A DNA stretch of 64,000 nt, taken from NCBI RefSeq assembly GCF_009914755.1, contig NC_060933.1; one strand, given 5' to 3'. The translations under genes were made by a program, and so were the position numbers. Numbering within the stretch: the first letter of the stretch is position 1; every line of letters starts with the position of its first letter. The notes below the pieces were generated by a model. It ran no database searches. It saw only the letters and a program-made list of their open reading frames with translations, and was not told the DNA's origin. Shown here one piece after another: positions 12,551 through 26,900 of this stretch. Source of the DNA: the human T2T-CHM13v2.0 reference genome, Homo sapiens.

Positions 12551-15500
12551 AATGGAATTTAATCAACGCGAGTGCAGGGGAATGGAATGGAATGGAATGC
12601 AATGCAATGGAATCTTCCGGAATGGAATGGAATGGAATGGAATGGAATGGAATGGAATGGAATGAAATGCAATGGGTTCAAATCGATTGCAATGGAATGG
12701 AATAGAATGGAATGGAATGGAATGGAATGGAATGGAATTAATTCGAATAGAATGGAATGGAATGGAATGGAACGGAATGGAACGGAATGGAATGGAATGG
12801 AATGGAATGGTATTGAATGGAATGGAATGGTACGGAATAGAATGGAATGGAACGAATTGTAATGGAATGGAATGGAATGGAATGGAATGGAATGGAATCA
12901 ACGCGAGTGCAGGGGAATGTAATGGAACGGAATGCAATGGAATGGAATCATCCGCAATATAATGGAATGGAATGGAATGGAATGGAATCAACCCGAGTGC
13001 AATGGAATGGAGTGGAATGGAATGGAATGGAATGGAACAACCCTAATGGAATGGAATGTAATGCAGAGTAAGGGAGTTGAATAGAATCAATCCGAATGTA
13101 ATGGAATGGAATGCAACGGAATGGAATGGAATGGAATGGAATGGAATGCAATGGAATTGAATCAACCCGAGTACAATGGAATGGAATGGAATGGAATAGA
13201 ATGGAAGGGAATGGAATGGAATGGAATGATACGGAATAGAATGGAATGGAACGAAATGGAATGGAATGGAATGGAATGGAATGGAATGGAATGGAATGGA
13301 ATGGAATCCTTCCGAGTGGAATAGGAGGGAATGTATTCGAGTGGAATGGAAAGGAATGGAATCAACCAGAGTGGAATGGAAGGGAAAGGACTGGAATGGA
13401 ATGGAATGGAATGGAATCAACTCGATTGTAATGGAATGGAATGGAATGTAATGGAATGGAATGGAATTAACCCGAATACAATGCAATGGAATGGAATGGA
13501 ACGGAATGGAGTGGAATGGAATGGAATCAACCCGAGTGCAGCAGAATGGAATGGAATGGAATGCAATGGAATGGAATCATTCGGAATGGAATGGAATGGA
13601 ATGGAATGCAAAGCAATGGAATCAACTCGATTGCAATGGAATGGAATGGACTGGAAAGGAATACAATGGAATCACCCCGAGTGGAATGGAATGGAAAGGA
13701 CTGGAATGGAGTGGAATGGAATGGAATGGAATGGAATGGAATCAACTCGATTGGAATGGAATGGAATGGAATGGAATGGAATGGAATTAACCCGAATAGA
13801 ATGGAATGGAATGGAATGGAACGGAACGGAATGGAATGGAATGGAATGGAATGGAATGGAATGGAATCAACCCGACTGCAGGGGAATGGAATGGAATGGA
13901 AGGCAATGGAATGGATTCAACTTGAATGGAACGGAAAGAATGGAATCAACACGAGTGGAATGGCATGGATTGGAATGGAATGGAATGGAATCAACCCGAG
14001 TACAGGGGAATGGAATGGAATGGAATGGAATGGAACGGAATCATCCGTAATGGAATGGAAAGAAATGGAATGGAATGGAATGGAATGGAATGGAATGGAA
14101 TGGAATGGAATCAACTCGATTGCAATCGAATGGAATGGAATGGAATTAACCCGAATAGAATGGAATGGAATGGAATGGAACGGAACGGAACGGAACGGAA
14201 CGGAGTGGAATGGAATGGAATGGAATTGTATGGAATGGAATGTCATGGTACGGAATAGAATGGAATGGAAGAATTGGAATGGAATGGAATCGAATGGAAT
14301 GGAATGGAATGGAATGGAAACAACCCGACTGCAGGGGAATGGAAAGGAATGGAATGCAATGGAATGGATTCAACTTGAATGGAATGGAAAGAATGGAATC
14401 AACTCGATTGCAATCGAATGGAATGGAATGGAATTAACCCGAATAGAATGGAATGGAATGGAATGGGACGGAACGGAACGGAATGGAATGGAATGGAAGG
14501 GAATGGAATGGAACGGAAAGGAATGGAATGGAATGGAATGGAATGGAATGGAATGGAATGGAATCAACGCGAGTGCAGGGGAATGGAATGGAATGGAATG
14601 CAATGGAATGGAATCTTCCGGAATTGAATGGAATGGAATGCAATGGAATGAAATGCAATGGATTCAACTCGATTGCAATGGAATGGAATAGAATGGAATG
14701 GAATGGAATGGAATGGAATGGAATGGAAAGGAATAAACCCGAGTGCAATGGAATGGAGTGGAATGGAATGGAATGGAATGGAACAACCCGAATGGAATGG
14801 AATGTAATGGAGAGTAAGGGAGTTGAATAGAATCAATCCGAATGTAATGGAATGGAATGGAATGGAATGGAATGGAATCGTTCCGAGTGGAATAGGAGGG
14901 AATGTATTCGAGTGGAATGGAAAGGAATGGAATCAACCAGAGTGGAATGGAAGGGAATGGAATGGAATGGAAACTAATAGAATGGAATCAACCCGAGTGG
15001 AATGGAATGGAAAGGACTGGAATGGAAAGGAATGGAATGGAATGGAATGGAATGGAATGGAATGGAATGGAATCAACGCGAATGCAGGGGAATGGAATGG
15101 AATCGAATGGAATAGAATGGAATGGAATGGAATGGAATGGAATGGAATCAACCCGAGTGCAGGGGAATGTAATGGAACGTAATGCAATGGAATGGAATCA
15201 TCCGGAATGGAATGGAATGCAATGGAATGGAATCAACCCGAGTGCAATGGAATGGAGTGGAATGGAATGGAATGGAATGGAACAACCCGAATGGAATGGA
15301 ATGTAATGGAGAGTAAGGGAGTTGAAAAGAATCAATCCGAATGTAATGGAATGGAATGGAACGGAATGGAATGGAATGGAATGGAATGGAATGGAATGGA
15401 ATGGAATGGAAAGCAATGGAATGGAATCAACCCGAGTACAATGGAATGGAATGGAATGGAATGGAATGGAATGGAATGGAATGCAATGGAATGGAATCTT

Positions 15501-18500
15501 CCGGAATGGAATGGAATTCAATGGATTCAACTCGATTGCAATGCAATGGAATAGAATGGAATGCAATGGAATGGAATGGAATTAAACCGAATAGAATGGA
15601 ATGGAATGGAATGGAACGGAACGGAACGGAACGGAGTGGAATGGAAAGGAATGGAATTGTATGGAATGGAATGGCATGGTACGGAATACAATGGAATGGA
15701 AAGAATTGGAATGGAATGGAATCGAATGGAATGGAATGGAAAGGAATGGAATCAACCCGAGTGCAGGGGAATGTAATTGAACGGAATGCAATGGAATGGA
15801 ATCATCCGGAATGGAATGGAATGGAATGGAATGGAATGGAATGGAATGGAATGGAATGGAATCAACCCGAGTGCAATGGAATGGAGTGGAATGGAATGGA
15901 ATGGAATGGAACAACCAGAATGGAATGGAATGTAATGGAGAGTAAGGGAGTTGAATAGAATCAATCCGAATGGAATGGAATGGAATGGAATGGAATGGAA
16001 TGGAATGCAGTGGAATGGAATCAACCCGAGTACATTGGAACGGAATGGAATGGAAGGGAATGGAATGGAATGGAATGGAATGGAATGGAATGGAATGGAA
16101 TGGAATCAACCCGAGTGCAATGGAATGGAGAGGAATTGAATGGAATGGAATGGAAACTACCCGAATGGAATGGAATGTAATGGAGTGTAAGGGAATTGAA
16201 TAGAATCAATCCGAATGGAATGGAATGGAATGGAACGGAATGTAATGGAATGTAATGGAATGGAATCAACCCGAGTGCAGGGGAATGGAATGGAATGGAA
16301 TGCAATGGAATGGAATCATCCGGAATGAATGGAATGGAATGCAATGGAATGGAATGGAATGGAATCAACGCGAGTGCAATGGAATGGAGTGAAATGGAAT
16401 GGAATGGAATGGAATGGAAACAACCAGAATGGATTGGAATATAATGGAGTGTAAGGGAATTGAATAGAATAAATCTGAATGTAATGAAATGGAATGGAAC
16501 GGAATGGAATGGAATGGAATGGAATGGAATGGAATGCAATGGAATGGAATCAACCCGAGTGCAATCGAATGGAATCGAATGGAATGGAATGCAATGGAAT
16601 GGATTCAACTTGAATGGAATGGAAAGAATGGAATCAACACGAGTGGAATGGCATGGATTGGAATGGAATGGAATGGAATCAACCCGAGTACAGGGGAATG
16701 GAATGGAATGGAATGCAATGGAATGGAATCATCCGTAATGGAATGGAAAGGAATGGAATGGAAAGGAATGGAATGGAATGGAATGGAATCAACTCGATTG
16801 CAATCGAATGGAATGGAATGGAATTAACCGAATAGAATGGAATGGAATGGAATGGAACGGAAAGGAATGGAATGGAATGGAATGGAATGGAATGGAACGG
16901 AAAGGAAGGGAATGGAATGGAATAGAATGGAATGGAATGGAATCAACGCGAGTGCAGGGGAATGGAATGGAATGGAATGCAATGGAATCGAATCTTCCGG
17001 AATGGAATGGAATGGAATGGAATGGAATGGAATGGAATGGAATCAACCCGAGTGCAATGGAATGGAGTGGAATGGAATGGAATGGAATGGAACAACCCGA
17101 ATGGAATGGAATGTAATGGAGAGTAAGGGAGTTGAATAGAATCAATCCGAATGTAATGGAATGGAACGGAATTGAATGGAATGGAATGGAATGGAATGGA
17201 ATGGAATGCAATGGATTGGAATCAACCCGAGTGCAATGGAAAGGAGAGGAATGGAATGGAATGGAATGGAAACTACCCGAATGGAATGGAATGTAATGGA
17301 GTGTAAGGGAATTGAATAGAATCAATCCGAATGTAATGGAATGGAATGGAACGGAATGGAATGGAATGGAATGGAATGGAAAGGAATCAACCCGAGTGCA
17401 ATCGAATGGAATCGAATGGAATGGAATGCAATGGAATGGATTCAACTTGAATGGAATGGAAAGAATGGAATCAACACGAGTGGAATGGCATGGATTGGAA
17501 TGGAATGGAATGGAATCAACCCGAGTACAGGGGAATGGAATGGAATGGAATGCAAAGGAATGGAATCATCCGTAATGGAATGGAAAGGAATGGAATGGAA
17601 TGGAATGGAATGGAATGGAATCAACTCGATTGCAATCGAATGGAATGGATTGGAATTAACCCGAATAGAATGGAATGGAATGGAATGGAACGGAACGGAA
17701 TGGAATGGAATGGAATAGAATGGAATGGAACGGAACGGAATGGAATGGAATGGAATGGAATGGAATGGAATGGAATCAACGCGAGTGCAGGGGAATGGAA
17801 TGGAATGGAATGCAATGGAATGGAATCTTCCGGAATGGAATGGAATGGAATGGAATGGAATGAAATGCAATGGATTCAACTCGATTGCAATGGAATGGAA
17901 TAGAATGGAATGGAATGGAATGGAATGGAATTAATCCGAACAGAATGGAATGGAATGGAATGGAACGGAATGGAACGGAATGGAATGGAATGGAATGGAA
18001 TGGAATGGTATGGAATGGAATGGAATGGTACGGAATAGAATGGAATGGAACGAATTGTAATGGAATGGAATTGAATGGAATGGAATGGAATGGAATGGAA
18101 TCTACGCGAGTGCAGGGGAATGTAATGGAAAGGAATGCAATGGAATGGAATCATCCGGAATGGAATGGAATGGAATGGAATGGAATGGAATGGAATCAAC
18201 CCGAGTGCAATGGAATGGAGTGGAATTGAATGGAATGGAATGGAACAACCCGAATGGAATGGAATGTAATGGAGAGTAAGGGAGTTGAATAGAATCAATC
18301 CGAATGTAATGGAATGGAATGCAACGGAATGGAATGGAATGGAATGGAATGGAATGCAATGGAATGGAATCAACCCGAGTACAATGGAATGGAATGGAAT
18401 GGAATGGAATTTAATGGAATGGAATGGAATGGAATGGAATGGAATGGAATGGAATGGAATCGTTCCGAGTGGAATAGGAGGGAATGTTTTCGAGTGGAAT

Positions 18501-18823
18501 GGAAAGGAATGGAATCAACCAGAGTGGAATGGAAGGGAATGGAATGGAATGGAAACTAATAGAATGGAATCAACCCGACTGGAATGGAATGGAAAGGACT
18601 GGAATGGAATGGAATGGAATGGAATCAACTCGATTGTAATGGAATGGAATTGAATGGAATGGAATGGAATGGAATTAACCCGAATACAATGGAATGGAAT
18701 GGAATGGAACGGAATGGAGTGGAATGGAATGGAATCAACCCGAGTGGAGGGGAATGGAATGGAATGGAATGCAATGGAATGGAATTAACCCGAATAGAAT
18801 GGAATGGAATGGAGTGGAATGGA

Positions 18824-21800
18824 ACGGAATGGAATGGAATGGAATGGAATGGAATGGAATGGAATGGAATCAACCCGACTACAGGGGAATGGAATGGAAT
18901 GGAATGCAATGGAATGGAATCATCCGTAATGGAATGGAAAGGAATGGAATGGAATGGAATGGAATGGAATGGAATGGAATCAACTCGATTGCAATCGAAT
19001 GGAATGGAATGGAATTAACCGGAATAGAATGGAATGGAATGGAATGGAACGGAACGGAACGGAACGGAACGGAACGGAGTGGAATGGAATGGAATGGAAT
19101 TGTATGGAATGGAATGGCATGGTACGGAATAGAATGGAATGGAAAGATTTGGAATGGAATGGAATCGAATGGAATGGAATGGAATGGAATGGAATCAACC
19201 CGAGTACAAGGGAATGTAATGGAACGGAATGCAATGGAATGGAATCATCCGGAATGGAATGGAATGGAATGGAATGGAATGGAATGGAATGGAATGGAAT
19301 GATACGGAATAGAATGGAATGGAACGAAATGGAATGGAATGGAATGGAATGGAATGGAATGGAATGGAATCGTTCCGAGTGGAATAGGAGGGAATGTTTT
19401 CGAGTGGAATGGAAAGGAATGGAATCAACCAGAGTGGAATGGAAGGGAATGGAATGGAATGGAAACTAATAGAATGGAATCAACCCGACTGGAATGGAAT
19501 GGAAAGGACTGGAATGGAATGGAATGCAATGGAATCAACTCGATTGTAATGGAATGGAATGGAATGGAATGGAATGGAATGGAATGGAATTAACCCGAAT
19601 ACAATGGAATGGAATGGCATGGAACGGAATGGAGTGGAATGGAATGGAATCAACCCGAGTGGAGGGGAAAGGAATGGAATGGAATGCAATGGAATGGAAT
19701 CATCCGTAATGGAATGGAAAGGAATGGAATGGAATGGAATGGAATGGAATGGAATGGAATGGAATCAACTCGATTGCAATCGAATGGAATGGAATGGAAT
19801 TAACCGAATAGAATGGAATGGAATGGAATGGAACGGAACGGAATAGAATGGAATGGAATGGAATGGAATGGAATGGAAAGGAAGGGAATGGAATGGATTA
19901 GAATGGAATGGAATGGAATAAACGCGAGTGCACGGGAATGGAATGGAATGGAATGCAATCTAATGGAATCTTCCGGAATGGAATGAAATGGAATGGAATG
20001 GAATGGAATGGAATGGAATCAACCCGAGTGCAATGGAATGGACTGGAATGGAATGGAATGGAATGGAACAACCCGAATGGAATGGAATGTAATGGAGACT
20101 AAGGGAGTTGAATAGAATCAATGCGAATGTAATGGAATGGAATGGAACGGAATGGAATTGAATGGAATGGAATGGAATGCAATGGAATGGAATCAACCCG
20201 AGTGCAATGGAAAGGAGAGGAATGGAATGGAATGGAATGGAAACTACCCGAATGGAATGGAATGTAATGGAGTGAAAGGGAATTGAATAGAATCAATCCG
20301 AATGTAATGGAATGGAATGGAACGGAATGGAATGGAATGGAATGGAATGGAATGGAATGCAATGGAATGGAATCAACCCGAGTGCAATCGAATGGAATCG
20401 AATGGAATGGAATGCAATGGAATGGATTCAACTTGAATGGAATGGAAAGAATGGAATCAACACGAGTGGAATGGCATGGATTCAATGGAATGGAATGAAA
20501 TCAACCCGAGTACAGGGGAATGGAATGGAATGGAATGCAATGGAATGGAATCATCCGTAATGGAAAGAAATGAATGGAATGGAATGGAATGGAATGGAAT
20601 GGAATGGAATGGAATGGAATCAACTCGATTGCAATCGAATGGAATGGAATGGAATTAACTCGAATAGAATGGAATGGAATGGAATGGAGCGGAACGGAAT
20701 GGAATGGAATGGAATGGAATGGAACGGAACGGAATGGAATGGAATGGAATGGAATGGAATGGAATCAACGCGAGTGCAGGGGAATGGAATGGAATGGAAT
20801 GCAATGGAATGGAATCTTCCGGAATGGAATGGAATGGAATGGAATGTAATGGAATGGAATCAACCCGAGTGCAATGGAATGGAGTGGAATGGAATGGAAT
20901 GGAATGGAACAACCCGAATGGAATGGAATGTAATGGAGAGTAAGGGAGTTGAATAGAATCAATCCGAATGTAATGGAATGGAATGGAACGGAATGGAATT
21001 GAATGGAATGGAATGGAATGCAATGGAATGGAATCAACCCGAGTGCAATGGAATGGAGAGGAATGGAATGGAATGGAATGGAAACTACCCGAATGGAATG
21101 GAATGTAATGGAGTGTAAGGGAATTGAATCGAATCAATCCGAATGTAATGGAATGGAATGGAATGGAAAGGAATGGAATGGAATGGAATGGAATGGAATG
21201 CAATGGAATGGAATCAACCCGAGTGCAATCGAATAGAATCGAATGGAATGGAATGCAATGGAATGGATTCAACTTGAATGGAATGGAAAGAATGGAATCA
21301 ACACGAGTGGAATGGCATGGATTGGAATGGAATGGAATGGAATCAACCCGAGTACAGGGGAATGGAATGGAATGGAATGCAATGGAATGGAATCATCCGT
21401 AATGGAATGGAAAGGAATGGAATGGAATGGAATGGAATGGAATGGAATGGAATGGAATGGAATCAACTCGATTGCAATCGAATGGAATGGAATGGAATTA
21501 ACCCGAATAGAATGGAATGGAATGGAATGGAACGCAACGGAATGGAATGGAATGGAATGGAATGGAATGGAATGGAATGGAACGGAATGGAATGGAACGG
21601 AATGGAATGGAATGGAATCAACGCGAGTGCAGGGGAAAGGAATGGAATGGAATGCAATGGAATGGAATCTTCCGGAATGGAATGGAATGGAATGGAATGG
21701 AATGGAATGGAATGGAATCAACTCGATTGCAATCGAATGGAATGGAATGGAATTAACCCGAATAGAATGGAATGGAATGGAATGGAACGGAACGTAATGG

Positions 21801-23955
21801 AATGGAATGGAATGGAACGGAACGGAATGGAATGGAATGGAATGGAATGGAATCAACCCGAGTGCAAGGGAATGTAATGGAACGGAATGCAATGGAATGG
21901 AATCATCCGGAATGGAATGGAATGGAATGGAATGGAATGGAATGGAATGGAATCAACACGAGTGCAATGGAATGGAGTGGAATGGAATGGAATAGAATGG
22001 AACAACCCGAATGGAATGGAATGTAATGGAGAGTAAGGGAGTTGAATAGAATCAATTCGAATGTAATGGAATGGAACGGAATGGAATGGAATGGAATGGA
22101 ATGGAATGGAATGGAATGAAATGGAATGGAATCAACCCGAGTACAATGGAACGGAATGTAATGTAATGTAATGTAATGTAATGGAATGGAATGGAATGGA
22201 AAGGAATCAACCCGAGTGCAATGGAATGGAGAGGAATGGAATGGAATGGAATGGAAACTACCCGAATGGAACGGAATGTAATGGAGTGTAAGGGAATTGA
22301 ATAGAATCAATGCGAATGGAATGGAATGGAATGGAACGGAATGTAATGGAATGGAATGGAATGGAATCAACCCGAGTGCAGGGGAATGGAATGGAATGGA
22401 ATGCAATGGAATGGAATCATCCGGAATGGAATCTAATGGAATGCAGTGGAATGGAATGGAATGGAATCAACCCGAGTGCAATGGAATGGAGTGAAATGGA
22501 ATGGAATGGAATGGAAACAACCAGAATGGATTGGAATATAATGGAGTGTAAGGGAAGTGAATAGAATCAATCTGAATGTAATGAAATGGAATGGAACGGA
22601 ATGGAATGGAACGGAATGGAATGTAATGGAATGGAATGGAATCAACCCGAGTGCAATCGAATGGAATCGAATGGAATGGAATGCAATGGAATGGATTCAA
22701 CTTGAGTGGAAAGGAAAGAATGGAATCAACACGAGTGGAATGGCATGGATTGGAATGGAATGGAATGGAATCAACCCGAGTACAGGGGAATGGAATGGAA
22801 TGGAATGCAATGGAATGGAATCATCAGTAATGGAATGGAAAGGAATGGAAAGGACTGGAATGGAATGGAATGGAATGGAATGGAATGGAATGGAATCAAC
22901 TCGATTGCAATCGAATGGAATGTAATGGAATTAACCCGAATAGAATGGAATGGAATGGAATGGAACGGAACGGAATGGAATGGAATGGAATGGAATTGAA
23001 CGGAAAGGAATGGAATGGAATGGAATGGAATGGAATGGAATGGAATCAACGCGAGTGCAGGGGAATGGAATGGAATCGAATGGAATGCAAAGGAATGGAA
23101 TGGAATCAACCCGAGTGCAGGGGAATGTAATAGAACGGAATGCAATGGAATGGAATCATCCGGAATGGAATGGAATGGAATGGAATGGAATCAACCCGAG
23201 TGCAATGGAATGGAGTGGAATGGAATGGAATGGAATGGAACAACCCGAATGGAATGGAATGTAATGGAGAGTAAGGGAGTTGAAAAGAATCAATCCGAAT
23301 GTAATGGAATGCAACGGAATGGAATGGAATGGAATGGAATGGAATGCAATGGAATGGAATCAACCCGAGTACAATGGAATGGAATGGAATGGAATGGAAT
23401 TTAATGGAATGGAATGGAATGGAATGTAATGATACGGAATAGAATGGAATGGAACGAAATGGAATGGAATGGAATGGAATGGAATGGAATGGAATGGAAT
23501 CGTTCCGAGTGGAATAGGAGGGAATGTTTTCGAGTGGAATGGAAAGGAATGGAATCAACCAGAGTGGAATGGAAGGGAATGGAATGGAATGGAAACTAAT
23601 AGAATGGAATCAACCCGACTGGAATGGAATGGAAAGGACTGGAATGGAATGGAATGCAATGGAATCAACTCGATTGTAATGGAATGGAATGGAATGGAAT
23701 GGAATGGAATGGAATTAACCCGAATACAATGGAATGGAATGGCATGGAACGGAATGGAGTGGAATGGAATGGAATCAACCTGAGTGGAGGGGAAAGGAAT
23801 GGAATGGAATGCAATGGAATGGAATCATCCGTAATGGAATGGAAAGGAATGGAATGGAATGGAATGGAATGGAATGGAATGGAATGGAATCAACTCGATT
23901 GCAATCGAATGGAATGGAATGGAATTAACCGAATAGATTGGAATGGAATGGAATG
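18824..23955 (+). repeat. Cognate of 1-10570 lacking both the 733-bp and the 4,714-bp duplications (~13.4-kb spacing)
   Basis: CAACCCGACTACAGGGG at 48/18871. CGTTCC at 543/19371 (+18828). ORF starts 8916/22297 and 9176/22557 (+13381). CGTTCC at 10110/23501 (+13391). TAACCGAATAGATTGG at ~10535/~23926. Confidence 0.9.
22158..22182 (+). repeat. (GTAAT)5 variant-pentamer run
   Basis: Third cognate site with five units. Confidence 0.92.
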
Positions 23956-26900
23956 GAACGGAACGGAACGGAACGGAACGGAGTGGAATGGAATGGAATG
24001 GAATTGCATGGAATGGAATGTCATGGTACGGAATAGAATGGAATGGAAGAATTGGAATGGAATGGAATCGAATGGAATGGAATGGAATGGAATGGAAACA
24101 ACCCGACTGCAGGGGAATGGAAAGGAATGGAATGCAATGGAATGGATTCAACTTGAATGGAATGGAAAGAATGGAATCAACACGAGTGGAATGGCATGGA
24201 TTGGAATGGAATGGAATGGAATCAACCCGAGTACAGGGGAATGGAATGGAATGGAATGCAATGGAATGGAATCATCCGTAATGGAATGGAAAGGAATGGA
24301 ATGGAATGGAATGGAATGGAATCAACTCGATTGCAATCGAATGGAATGGAATGGAATTAACCCGAATAGAATGGAATGGAATGTAATGGAACGGAACGGA
24401 ACGGAATGGAATGGATTGTAATGGAATGGAATGGAATGGAATTGAACGGAATGGAATGGAATGGAATGGAATGGAATGGAATGGAATGGAATCAACGCGA
24501 GTGCAGGGGAATGGAATGGAATGGAATGCAATGGAATGGAATCTTCCTTAATGGAATGGAATGGAATGGAATGGAATGGAATGGAATGGAATAAACCCGA
24601 GTGCAATGGAATGGAGTGGAATGGAATGGAATGGAATGGAACAACCCGAATGGAATGGAATGTAATGGAGAGTAAGGGAGTTGAATAGAATCAATCCGAA
24701 TGTAATGGAATGGAATGGAACGGAATGGAATTGAATGGAATGGAATGGAATGCAATGGAATGGAATCAACCAGAGTTAAATGGAATAGAGAGGAATGGAA
24801 TGGAATGGAATGGAAACTACACGAATGGAATGGAATGTAATCGAGTGTAAGGGAATTGAATAGAATCAATCCGAATGTAATGGAATGGAATGTAACGGAA
24901 TGGAATGGAATGGAATGGAATGGAATGGAATGCAATGGAATGGAATCAACCCGAGTGCAATCGAATGGAATCGAATGGAATGGAATGCAATGGAATGGAT
25001 TCAACTTGAATGGAATGGAAAGAATGGGATCAACACGAGTGGAAGAGCATGGATTGGAATGCAATGGAATGGAATCAACCCGAGTACAGGGGAATGGAAT
25101 GGAATGGAATGCAATGGAATGGAATCATCCGTAATGGAATGGAAAGGAATGGAATGGAATGGAATGGAATCGAATGGAATGGAATCAACTCGATTGCAAT
25201 TGAATGGAATGGAATGGAATTAACCCGAATAGAATGGAATGGAATGGAATGGAACGGAACGGAATGGAATGGAATGGAATGGAATGGAATGGAACGGAAA
25301 GGAAGGGAATGGAATGCAATAGAATGGAATGGAATGGAATCAACGCGAGTGCAGGGGAATGGAATGGAATGGAATGCAATGGAATGGAATCTTCCGGAAT
25401 GGAATGGAATGGAATGGAATCAACCCGAGTGCAATGGAATGGAGTGGAATGGAATGGAATGGAATGGAACAACCCGAATGGAATGCAATGTAATTGAGAG
25501 TAAGGGAGTTGAATAGAATCAATCCGAATGTAATGGAATGGAATGGAACGGAATGGAATTGAATGAAATAGAATGGAATGCAATGGAATGGAATCAACCC
25601 AAGTGCAATGGAATGGAGAGGAATGGAATGGAATGGAACGGAAACTACCCGAATGGAATGGAATGTAATGGAGTGTAAGGGAATTGAATAGAATCAATCC
25701 GAATGTAATGGAATGGAATGGAACGGAATGGAACGGAATGGAATGGAATGGAATGGAATGGAATAGAATGGAAGGGAACGCAATGGAATGGAATCAACAC
25801 GAGTGCAATCGAATGGAATCCAAAGGAATGGAATGCAATGGAATGGATTCAACTTGAATGGAATGGAAAGAATGGAATCAACACGAGTGGAATGGCATGG
25901 ATTGGAATGGAATGGAATGGAATCAACCCGAGTACAGGGGAATGGAATGGAATGGAATGCAATGGAATGGAATCATCCGTAATGGAATTGGAAAGGAATG
26001 GAATGGAATGGAATGGAATGGAATGGAATGGAATGGAATCAACACGATTGCAATCGAATGGAATGGAATGGAATTAACCCGAATAGAATGGAATGGAATG
26101 GAATGGAACGGAACGGAACGGAATGGAATGGATTGGAATGGAATGGAATGGAATGGAATGGAACGGAACGGAACGGAATGGATGGAATGGAATGGAATGG
26201 AAAGGAATGGAATCAAGGCGAGTGCAGGGGAATGGAATGGAATGGAATGCAGTGGAATGGAATCTTCCGGAATGGAATGGAATGGAATGGAATGGAATGG
26301 AATGGAATCAACTCGATTGCAATCGAATGGAATGGAATGGAATTAACCCGAATAGAATGGAATGGAATGGAATGGAACGGAACGGAATGGAATGGAATGG
26401 AATGGAATGGAATGGAATGGAATGGAACGGAACGGAACGGAATGGATGCAATGGAATGGAATGGAATCAACGCGAGTGCAGGGGAATGGAATGGAATGGA
26501 ATGCAATGGAATGTAATCTTCCGGAATGGAATGGAATGGAATGGAATGGAATGGAATGGAATGGAATGAAATGCAATGGTTTCAACTCGATTGCAATGGA
26601 ATGGAATAGAATGGAATGGAATGGAATGGAATGGAATGGAATTAACCCGAATAGAATGGAATGGAATGGAATGGGACGGAATGGAACGGAATGGAAAGGA
26701 ATGGAATGGAATGGAATCGAATGGTATGGAATGGAATGGAATGGTACGGAATAGAATGGAATGGAACGAATTGTAATGGAATGGAATTGAATGGAATGGA
26801 ATGGAATGGAATGGAATCAACGCGAGTGCAGGGGAAGGTAATGGAACGGAATGCAATGGAATGGAATCATCCGGAATGGAATGGAATGGAATGGAATGGA

